In this document: piece by piece, positions 18,615 to 26,201 of the stretch
Position numbering within the stretch: position 1 is the stretch's first letter
Layout: every line of letters starts with the position of its first letter
NCBI RefSeq assembly: GCF_000621645.1
Contig: NZ_KK211324.1
Coordinates: 118,921 to 150,920 of the forward strand
DNA: 32,000 nucleotides
Source of the DNA: Vibrio cholerae ATCC 14035
GTDB taxonomy: Bacteria > Pseudomonadota > Gammaproteobacteria > Enterobacterales > Vibrionaceae
Reading direction: 5' to 3'
The notes under the pieces: model-generated
Told to the model about the DNA's origin: nothing
The model's input: the letters and a program-made list of their open reading frames with translations, nothing else
Database searches by the model: none
Made by a program: the position numbers and the translations under genes

Positions 18615-19517
18615 ATGACACCCGACCAACAAGATGCCAAAAAAGGAATTTTGCTCGCGATCAGCGTATACACCATGTGGGGCATTGCGCCGATTTATTT
18701 CAAAGCACTTGGCGCCGTATCGGCGCTGGAAATCCTTAGCCACCGGGTGGTGTGGTCATTTGTGTTGCTCGCGGTTCTGATTCACCTCGGTCGTCGTTGG
18801 CGCAGCGTCGTTGGCGTAGTACACACTCCGCGCAAATTTTGGCTGCTGTTAGTGACCGCTTTGCTCGTGGGGGGTAACTGGCTGATTTTTATCTGGTCAA
18901 TCAACGCTAACCATATGCTGGATGCCAGTTTGGGTTACTACATTAATCCGCTACTCAACGTGCTGCTCGGCATGCTGTTTCTCGGCGAGCGCCTGCGTAA
19001 ATTGCAGTGGTTTGCGGTCGCGCTTGCCGCGATTGGCGTGGGCATTCAGTTAGTGGTGTTTGGCTCAGTGCCGATTGTGGCGATTGCCCTTGCCACCAGC
19101 TTTGGTTTTTATGGTCTACTGCGTAAAAAGATCCAAGTCGATGCGCAAACAGGCTTGTTCCTTGAAACCCTGTTTATGCTGCCTGCCGCCGCCATCTACC
19201 TAATCTGGCTCGCCGATACGCCAACCAGTGATATGGCACTCAACACTTGGCAGCTCAATCTGCTCTTGGTTTGCGCTGGCGTCGTGACTACCTTGCCCCT
19301 GCTCTGTTTTACCGGAGCCGCAGCGCGTCTCAAACTCTCAACGCTTGGTTTTTTTCAATATATCGGCCCGAGTTTGATGTTTTTGCTCGCAGTTTTGGTC
19401 TACGGTGAAGCCTTTACCAGCGATAAGGCGATCACCTTTGCTTTTATTTGGAGTGCCTTGGTCATCTTCAGTGTTGATGGGTTAAAAGCAGGACACGCCG
19501 CACGGCGTGCACGTTAG
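18615..19517 (+). CDS. rarD: EamA/RarD-family transporter
   Basis: GILLAISVYTMWGIAPIYFK resembles the E. coli RarD N-terminus, and the protein has 10 TM helices of EamA type. The ATG at 18615 is preferred; the track start is a TTG. Confidence 0.85.
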   Translation: MTPDQQDAKKGILLAISVYTMWGIAPIYFKALGAVSALEILSHRVVWSFVLLAVLIHLGRRWRSVVGVVHTPRKFWLLLVTALLVGGNWLIFIWSINANHMLDASLGYYINPLLNVLLGMLFLGERLRKLQWFAVALAAIGVGIQLVVFGSVPIVAIALATSFGFYGLLRKKIQVDAQTGLFLETLFMLPAAAIYLIWLADTPTSDMALNTWQLNLLLVCAGVVTTLPLLCFTGAAARLKLSTLGFFQYIGPSLMFLLAVLVYGEAFTSDKAITFAFIWSALVIFSVDGLKAGHAARRAR

Positions 19518-19528
19518 AGCTCGCTACC

Positions 19529-19553
19529 GAGGTAAGCTATCCCGGCTTACCTC
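19529..19553 (+). terminator. Perfect 9-bp hairpin after rarD (no U-tract)
   Basis: gaggtaagc-tatcccg-gcttacctc. Confidence 0.3.
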
Positions 19554-19690
19554 CCTATTCCACCTCGTCTAACTCGTTCAATCCTGAGACATTGCTGCAT
19601 AAATCATCGATTTAGCCAACAAGCCGCTAGAACAAAACTTTAACCCAACGTTAACATGATCTCTTCATAACAACGAAAATGGAGATGGGC

Positions 19691-21445
19691 ATGAATTGGA
19701 CTCATACCCCCTTGGCGCTTTCTGCGCTGATGTTTGCGATGGCTGCACAAGCTACCCCGAATCAAGCCACCGATGCGGTTGCGCCAGAACAAGCCACTGG
19801 CTTTGAGCACAAATCGTTAGTCAAAGCCAAAAACTGGATGGTCACGGCGGCTAACCCACTGGCGAGCGAAGCAGGGGCTTCGATTTTACGCCAAGGCGGT
19901 AATGCGATAGATGCCATGGTGACGACACAACTGATGCTGGGCTTGGTTGAGCCGCAATCATCCGGCATTGGCGGTGGCTCGTTTTTGGTCTACTGGGATG
20001 CCAAGAAAAAAGCGCTCACTACGTTCGATGGCCGCGAAACCGCGCCACTCAACGCCACACCTGAACTATTTTTAGATAGTACAGGTCAGCCAATGAAATT
20101 TTACGATGCCGTGGTCGGCGGTCGCTCGGTTGGTACTCCCGGCACGGTCAAACTGCTGTGGGAAACCCATCGTCAATACGGCAAGCTGGAATGGGCGCGC
20201 TTGATTGAACCTGTCGCCAAACTCGCCGAGCAAGGCTTTGAGGTAAGTCCTCGCCTCGCGGCACTCATTGCAGAAGATAAAGAGCGTTTAGGCCGTTTTC
20301 CTGCCACCAAAGCCTATTTCTTTGATGCACAAGGTGAACCCCTCACAGCCGGCACTTTACTGAAAAACCCGGACTACGCCGCCACACTCAGAGCCATCGC
20401 ACAGCAAGGCGCCTCCGCCTTCTATCAAGGTGACATCGCCAAAGACATCATCGCCACGGTGCAAAATGCGCCGGGCAATCCCGGAGTGCTCGCTCAGCAA
20501 GATTTTGATACGTACCAAGTCAAACAGCGTGCGCCCGTGTGTGCGGCTTATCAAAGCTATCAAGTCTGCGGCATGGGGTTACCCAGCTCAGGTGGCCTGA
20601 CGGTGGGACAAATTCTCGCCCTCACCGAACAATACGATCTCAAAGGTTGGGGCGCGCAGGATGTGAAATCATGGCAAGTGCTGGGGGATGCCTCACAACT
20701 GGCGTTTGCCGATCGCGGCTTGTACATGGCCGATCAAGATTATGTGCCCGTTCCGACCCAAGGCTTATTGGATAAAACCTATCTGGCCGAGCGCGCTAAA
20801 CTGATCCAACCCGGCAAAGCGCTGACCAGTGCGCCAGCAGGCAATCCGCCTTGGCATCATGCGCAGCTACGCAGCCCCGATCAGTCGATAGAACTGCCCT
20901 CCACCAGCCACTTCAACATTGTTGACCGTGAAGGCAACGTGGTTTCCTTCACCACCTCGATCGAAAACGCGTTCGGTTCACGCTTGTTGGTGCGCGGCTT
21001 TTTGCTCAACAACGAACTGACCGATTTTTCGTTTGCCACGCAAAGTGAAGGTCGCCCGATTGCCAATCGCTTAGAGCCGGGCAAACGCCCACGTTCATCG
21101 ATGGCACCGACCATTGTCTTGCAGGATAACCAACCCTATTTGGCGATTGGCTCACCCGGTGGCAGCCGAATTATTGGCTATGTGGCGCAAGCAATCGTTG
21201 CTCACACCCAATGGGGCATGAACATTCAAGCCGCGATCAATCAACCGCATGTGCTGAATCGTTTTGGCGAAATCGAGCTCGAACAAGGCACCTCCGCCGA
21301 GCAGTTCAAGCCAGCGCTAGAAAGTTTGGGGGCAAAGGTCGGGATCAAAGAGCTCAACTCTGGCCTGCACGCCATTCGTATTACTGCACAAGGTCTTGAG
21401 GGAGCCGCTGACCCTCGCCGTGAAGGCGTCGCCATCGGCGAGTAA
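19691..21445 (+). CDS. ggt: Gamma-glutamyltranspeptidase (periplasmic, autoprocessing Ntn hydrolase)
   Basis: It has a signal peptide (MNWTHTPLALSALMFAMAAQA) and a nucleophile Thr context (PSTSHFNIVDREGNVVSFTTSIE). GGAG lies 6 nt before the ATG at 19691. In-frame ATGs also occur at 19679 and 19685. Confidence 0.92.
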   Translation: MNWTHTPLALSALMFAMAAQATPNQATDAVAPEQATGFEHKSLVKAKNWMVTAANPLASEAGASILRQGGNAIDAMVTTQLMLGLVEPQSSGIGGGSFLVYWDAKKKALTTFDGRETAPLNATPELFLDSTGQPMKFYDAVVGGRSVGTPGTVKLLWETHRQYGKLEWARLIEPVAKLAEQGFEVSPRLAALIAEDKERLGRFPATKAYFFDAQGEPLTAGTLLKNPDYAATLRAIAQQGASAFYQGDIAKDIIATVQNAPGNPGVLAQQDFDTYQVKQRAPVCAAYQSYQVCGMGLPSSGGLTVGQILALTEQYDLKGWGAQDVKSWQVLGDASQLAFADRGLYMADQDYVPVPTQGLLDKTYLAERAKLIQPGKALTSAPAGNPPWHHAQLRSPDQSIELPSTSHFNIVDREGNVVSFTTSIENAFGSRLLVRGFLLNNELTDFSFATQSEGRPIANRLEPGKRPRSSMAPTIVLQDNQPYLAIGSPGGSRIIGYVAQAIVAHTQWGMNIQAAINQPHVLNRFGEIELEQGTSAEQFKPALESLGAKVGIKELNSGLHAIRITAQGLEGAADPRREGVAIGE

Positions 21446-21461
21446 GCGTTAACTCAAAAAG

Positions 21462-21490
21462 TGATGGGCAGAGTCTGCCCATCATTTTTT
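21462..21490 (+). terminator. Intrinsic terminator after ggt
   Basis: tgatgggcag-agt-ctgcccatca followed by tttttt. Confidence 0.8.
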
Positions 21491-21601
21491 ACTCGCACCT
21501 CATTTTTCCCACCCACGCGAAGAGGCACTGATCATTTTTTACAAGACAAGCTCTGACTCACCGCTTAAGATTTTGGTAACTTAGCCTACTTTTTGGTCTC
21601 T

Positions 21602-22405
21602 ATGGATACAGTGAATTATCGCCCCAGCGCTTACCCCGCGATCAGTCTGATTGAAGCCGACTATCGCCAGTTTGCGTTTGAGCGTCACTACCATCTGGAT
21701 ATCCATATCGGTCTCATCACCCAAGGTGTACAACGTTTTTATCACCAAGGGGCTTGGCATCAAGTGGGACAAGGTGGTGTGGTACTGATGTCACCCGATG
21801 AATTGCATGATGGCCACGCGCACAGTAATACGGGCTATCAAGTACAAGTGTTCTCCATTGAACCTGAATGGTTACAGCAGACGCTCGAAGCCAACCAGAT
21901 TGAGCAAGTGATCGGCTTTGAGCAGTTGATTGTACAAGACCCGACCCTATTTCACTCCTTGCAGCAACTTCACCATTTGCTGCGACAGGACAACCTCAGC
22001 CAGCTCGCCAAAGATTGCTTACCTTATCAAGGCTTTGCTCCGCTGCTTGAGCGTTATAGCTACCTAAAACAACCCACCGTAAAACCGCTTGGCCAACACA
22101 ATCTCGCCCTACTCAAAGAGTGGGTACTCAGCCAGCTTGACCAACCGATCCGGCTCGAACAGTTAGCGCAATTGTGCCAACTCTCCCCAACTCAATTTCA
22201 GCGCCATTTTAAAGCGCAAACGGGGCTCACGCCTTACGCTTGGTTACGACGGCTACGCCTAGAGCAAGCAATGAAACTGCTGCAAAGTGGCAAACCAGGC
22301 ACAGATGTCGCGTATCAGGTCGGCTTTTACGATCAGGCCCATTTCAGTAAAGCCTTCAAAGCCACTTATGGCCTTTCGCCTTCTTTGATCACTCGCTTTT
22401 CTTAA
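21602..22405 (+). CDS. AraC-family transcriptional regulator (N-terminal cupin-like sensor, C-terminal double HTH)
   Basis: The C-terminus reads LAQLCQLSPTQFQRHFKAQTGLTPYAWLRRLRLEQA...GFYDQAHFSKAFKATYGLSPS. The ATG at 21602 is preferred over the TTG at 21593. Confidence 0.85.
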   Translation: MDTVNYRPSAYPAISLIEADYRQFAFERHYHLDIHIGLITQGVQRFYHQGAWHQVGQGGVVLMSPDELHDGHAHSNTGYQVQVFSIEPEWLQQTLEANQIEQVIGFEQLIVQDPTLFHSLQQLHHLLRQDNLSQLAKDCLPYQGFAPLLERYSYLKQPTVKPLGQHNLALLKEWVLSQLDQPIRLEQLAQLCQLSPTQFQRHFKAQTGLTPYAWLRRLRLEQAMKLLQSGKPGTDVAYQVGFYDQAHFSKAFKATYGLSPSLITRFS

Positions 22406-22479
22406 CCACGCTGTCAAAAATTTACAAGCTCCTCGCGCTCGCCGCGCGGCATACTGGGTGAATAATGTGAGGAGAAAGC

Positions 22480-23148
22480 ATGAACGAAATGTCCATTTTA
22501 GCCACCTTAGCCGGTGTGCATTTTATTGCCTTATTAAGCCCGGGGCCTGATGTCGCCTTAGTGGTGCAAAACGCTACACAGCACGGGCGTAAAACTGGCG
22601 TGATGATCGCGTTAGGTTTGTCGTGCGGCATTTTAGTCCATTTGATTTTGAGCCTGTCCGGCATTAGCTACTTAGTCAAACAGCAGCCAATGCTGTTTAA
22701 CCTGTTACAACTGGCCGGCGGCAGCTACTTGCTTTATTTAGGGGCCGGCGCTTTGCAATCAGTGATGGCGCAAAAAAACGCTAGCACACCGACGCACAGC
22801 CCTGCGCCCTCCATTCTCGGCAACCGCCGTCAAGCCTTCACAAAAGGCATGATGACCAATCTCTTGAATCCCAAAGCTCTCGTGTTTTTTGTCAGCCTGT
22901 TATCTAGCCTGATCCCAGCCAGCATGTCTGTGTCTGGCAAGGTGAGTGCCGCTGCGATTTTGGTTGGCTTATCCCTAACTTGGTTCTCCTGTTTAGCTTG
23001 GCTGCTTACCACGTCTGCCATGCAACAACGCATGCAGCGCATTACGCGATCCGTCGATAGCATATGCGCTGCGGTGTTTATCTTGGCCGGTGGCGTGATT
23101 TTATGGCAAGCAAGCCGCGCTATAGCACAAACCTTCGGATGGCTATGA
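22480..23148 (+). CDS. LysE/RhtB-family amino-acid (or homoserine-lactone) exporter
   Basis: LLSPGPD and LLNPKALVFF motifs and about 6 TM helices are present. GAGGAGA lies 4 nt before the ATG. Confidence 0.85.
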   Translation: MNEMSILATLAGVHFIALLSPGPDVALVVQNATQHGRKTGVMIALGLSCGILVHLILSLSGISYLVKQQPMLFNLLQLAGGSYLLYLGAGALQSVMAQKNASTPTHSPAPSILGNRRQAFTKGMMTNLLNPKALVFFVSLLSSLIPASMSVSGKVSAAAILVGLSLTWFSCLAWLLTTSAMQQRMQRITRSVDSICAAVFILAGGVILWQASRAIAQTFGWL

Positions 23149-23169
23149 TCCGACTTTGGCCGATCATGC

Positions 23170-23187
23170 TGTGCGAGATCTCTTACA
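23170..23187. promoter_or_regulatory. GacA/UvrY/VarA-type upstream activating inverted repeat
   Basis: TGTGCGAGATCTCTTACA versus the family consensus TGTRAG-N6-CTYACA. It lies roughly 130-180 bp upstream of the first GGA-rich sRNA sequence. Confidence 0.75.
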
Positions 23188-23299
23188 AAGCGGTAGGACA
23201 AATTCGCTTTCTGCGATAAAAAACACTGACAAAAACAACATAAGCAATTGTTTTTAAATAAAATGTTCAAAATTTCATCATTTCGAACATCAAGAAATC

Positions 23300-23762
23300 G
23301 CTTCGCTTTGCTTGTTCAGAAAGCTCAGCTCAGTAAGATGAATCTCGTCGGAAGGATACTGACACGGAACAGGAAAGCACCAAGGATTGGTGATCTTCAG
23401 GAAGAAGAATCGAACATTCAGGATGAATGCTCGGCAAGGAAAGCGTAATTGGACATTGAACGGACGCAATCGTTGCTAGGATGGTAACGACAAGGATGGG
23501 AAATGGACACCTCTGGACGAGGCAAGGACTGAACATCAGGATGATGGCAGGGACACCGCTCAGGGAACAAGTGATGTGAACTCGCTAGGATTGTGAGTTG
23601 TAATGGAAGACACAGGACACCGCTAGGATGGCGATGCAAGGATTGAGCTGACGGATTGCAGCGTACTATCAAGGATTAGATGCAGGGAGCACCTTTTAGT
23701 AGCTGGAATGCTGCGAGTAAGACTCTAACCCCGGTGGGCTTGCCCCCGGGGTTTTCTTTTTT
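23300..23762 (+). ncRNA. csrB: CsrB-family CsrA-sequestering sRNA (paralog identity CsrB/C/D not resolvable here; 5' end approximate)
   Basis: I count 28 GGA trinucleotides between 23350 and 23707, against about 6 expected by chance. Ten of them are AGGAT, in A/C/U-AGGAU-G/U contexts. The 3' segment GTAGCTGGAATGCTGCGA (23699-23716) matches my recollection of the E. coli csrB 3' region. The sRNA has a terminal GC-rich hairpin plus U-tract and a VarA-type box upstream. Confidence 0.9.
23727..23762 (+). terminator. Intrinsic terminator of the CsrB-family sRNA
   Basis: aaccccgg (23727-23734) pairs with ccggggtt (23746-23753), with an inner ggg/ccc extension, followed by ttttctttttt. Confidence 0.85.
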
Positions 23763-23851
23763 CTCCCGAAAAGTCATCACCACTTAACTCCTCAACAGAA
23801 ACGTTAATCGTTACTTCGTATCTAGGGGCAAATTGGCAATTTCTTCCCGAC

Positions 23852-23870
23852 CTCCCCCTAAAAGGGGGAG
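23852..23870. repeat. Isolated REP-like palindrome of the same family as the rph-pyrE cluster
   Basis: CTCCCCC-taaaa-GGGGGAG sits 22 bp downstream of the uvrD stop. Confidence 0.75.
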
Positions 23871-23892
23871 CCACGTCGCCGCACTATTCTAT

Positions 23893-26064
23893 CTACACCT
23901 TCTCTAATCTCGCGTAAGCCGTGACTAACCACTTAATACCTTCGCCATTAAACGCCACTTGCACTCGGCTTTGCGGGCCACTGCCTTCAAAGTTAATGAT
24001 GGTGCCTTCACCAAATTTCGGGTGACGGACTCGTGAGCCCAAATTAAAACCGGTTTCGTTAAAGCTTTCTTTGACTACGGTTTGGCTAAAGCGCCCTGTA
24101 CTGGTTGGACGGCTGACTTGCGCCTTCATGCGCACTTCATCCAAACAGCCTTCTGGCAGTTCACGAATAAAGCGTGAGGGTTTGTGATACTTATCTTGCC
24201 CGTACAAACGGCGCATTTCCGCGTAGGTGATGTAGAGCTTTTGCATCGCGCGGGTCATACCGACGTAACACAGGCGACGCTCCTCTTCGAGACGCCCCGC
24301 CTCTTCGGCAGACATTTGGCTCGGGAACATACCCTCTTCCACACCGACCATAAACACCAGCGGAAACTCTAATCCTTTGGCACTGTGCAAGGTCATCAGT
24401 TGTACCGCATCATCATGCTCATCGGCTTGACCTTCACCGGCTTCCAGTGCCGCATGGGTCAAAAATGCGGTCAGCATGGTCATCTCTTGCGCTTCTTCTG
24501 GCTTTTCAAACTGGCGCGTCGCCGTCACCAGCTCTTCCAAGTTTTCAATCCGTGCTTTGGATTTTTCGCCTTTTTCTTGCTGATACATCTCCAGCAGACC
24601 AGAGGTTTTTACCGCGTGGTCCGTGAGCACATGCAGCGGCATGTCGATGCCTTCCTCTTCCAAGGCGTTGATCAGTTCAACAAAGCGGCTCAGCGCGCTC
24701 GCAGCACGCCCAGTGAGCACTTGGTCATTGAGCAGACCGACACTGGCATCCCACAAGGTGCAGCCACGATCGCGCGCGGCAAAGCGAATGGTCTCTAGGG
24801 TTTTATCACCCAAACCGCGCGGCGGCGTATTAATCACTCGCTCAAAGGCGGTGTCGTCATTGCGGTTATTAATCAAACGCAGATAACTCAGCGCATCTTT
24901 GATCTCTTGGCGCTCGAAAAAGCGCATCCCGCCATAAATGCGGTAGGCCAAACTCGCTTGCAATAATGCCTCTTCCAATACCCGCGACTGGGCGTTGTTG
25001 CGATACAAGATCGCGCAATCGGTCAGTGTGCCGCCCTGCTCCTGCCAGCCTTTGATTTTGCTGACCACAAAGCGTGCTTCATCGAGCTCGTTATACGCCG
25101 AGTACACCGAAATGGGTTCGCCGACCAAACCGTCAGTCCATAGCTGCTTGCCCATCCGCTCGCTATTATTGGCGATCAGTGTATTTGAGGCTTCCAAAAT
25201 GGTTTTGGTGGAGCGGTAGTTTTGCTCCAGTCGAATGGTATTCACGCTCGGGAATTCGCGGGTAAATTTTTCGATGTTTTCCACTCGCGCGCCACGCCAG
25301 CCGTAAATCGACTGGTCATCGTCACCCACGATCATCACGTTCGACTGAGCACCCGCCATCATACGTAGCCACGCGTACTGAATCGCGTTGGTGTCTTGGA
25401 ATTCATCGACCAAAATGTGCTTAAAGCGCGCCTGATAATGCTCGCGAATGTGCTGATTACCACGCAGAAGCTCTAGGGCGCGCAGCAAAATTTCGGCGAA
25501 ATCGACCAAGCCGGCGCGATCGCACGCTTCTTGGTAAGCGGTGTACAGCTTGAGATAAGTTTGAGTAACCGGATCAAAGGCGTTGATGTGCGTCGGGCGC
25601 AATCCTTCATCTTTTTGATTGTTGATCCACCACGCGACTTGGCGTGCCGGCCACTGTTTATCATCCAGATTGTGCGCTTTGATGAGGCGTTTGAGCAGAC
25701 GCTGCTGATCGTCACTGTCGATGATCTGAAAATCTTCCAGCAGCTTAGCGTCGAGATAATGGGCGCGCAGAATACGATGGCAAATACCGTGGAAAGTACC
25801 ACACCACATGCCAGAGGCGGTGCCATGCATCAGCTCTTCAATTCGGCCACGCATTTCGGCTGCAGCTTTGTTGGTAAAGGTCACCGCCATCACCGAAAAC
25901 GGTGAGGCTTCTTCCACCGACATCAGCCACGCAATCCGGTGCACCAGTACGCGGGTTTTACCACTGCCAGCACCGGCCAAAATCAGTAAGTTTTCCAGTG
26001 GCGCTGCCACCGCTTCGCGTTGTTTATCGTTGAGACCGTCGAGCAATAGAGAGGGATCGATCAT
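23893..26064 (-). CDS. uvrD: DNA helicase II
   Basis: LLDGLNDKQREAVAAPLENLLILAGAGSGKTRVLVHRIAWLMSVE is near-identical to the E. coli UvrD N-terminus. It is 723 aa with the full set of SF1 helicase motifs. Confidence 0.97.
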   Translation of the reverse strand: MIDPSLLLDGLNDKQREAVAAPLENLLILAGAGSGKTRVLVHRIAWLMSVEEASPFSVMAVTFTNKAAAEMRGRIEELMHGTASGMWCGTFHGICHRILRAHYLDAKLLEDFQIIDSDDQQRLLKRLIKAHNLDDKQWPARQVAWWINNQKDEGLRPTHINAFDPVTQTYLKLYTAYQEACDRAGLVDFAEILLRALELLRGNQHIREHYQARFKHILVDEFQDTNAIQYAWLRMMAGAQSNVMIVGDDDQSIYGWRGARVENIEKFTREFPSVNTIRLEQNYRSTKTILEASNTLIANNSERMGKQLWTDGLVGEPISVYSAYNELDEARFVVSKIKGWQEQGGTLTDCAILYRNNAQSRVLEEALLQASLAYRIYGGMRFFERQEIKDALSYLRLINNRNDDTAFERVINTPPRGLGDKTLETIRFAARDRGCTLWDASVGLLNDQVLTGRAASALSRFVELINALEEEGIDMPLHVLTDHAVKTSGLLEMYQQEKGEKSKARIENLEELVTATRQFEKPEEAQEMTMLTAFLTHAALEAGEGQADEHDDAVQLMTLHSAKGLEFPLVFMVGVEEGMFPSQMSAEEAGRLEEERRLCYVGMTRAMQKLYITYAEMRRLYGQDKYHKPSRFIRELPEGCLDEVRMKAQVSRPTSTGRFSQTVVKESFNETGFNLGSRVRHPKFGEGTIINFEGSGPQSRVQVAFNGEGIKWLVTAYARLEKV

Positions 26065-26074
26065 GACTTCGCCA

Positions 26075-26090
26075 CTGGTTATTTATACAT
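26075..26090 (-). promoter_or_regulatory. Weak LexA (SOS) box-like sequence upstream of uvrD
   Basis: The minus strand reads TTATGTATAAATAACCAGTG, matching 14 of 20 positions of TACTGTATATATATACAGTA. The left CTG is ATG, and the site is only about 10 nt from the start codon. Confidence 0.25.
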
Positions 26091-26157
26091 AATGGCGGCG
26101 ATTATAACCCCAAGTGTCGCAGATACCCAAACGTCTTGAATGGGCGCAGCGGTGGCC

Positions 26158-26190
26158 GGAAAAATTTCAGCCCACACGAGGTGGGCTGAA
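26158..26190 (-). terminator. Intrinsic terminator after prlC
   Basis: The minus strand reads ttcagcccac-ctcgt-gtgggctgaa followed by attttt. Confidence 0.75.
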
Positions 26191-26201
26191 AGTACTATCG
26201 A

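Noticed and set aside
23248-23672. Three small ORFs (66, 68 and 84 aa) in the lysE-uvrD gap.
   Set aside because: They overlap the GGA-repeat sRNA on both strands. They lack an SD and any recognisable protein features. The region is better explained as a CsrB-family RNA.
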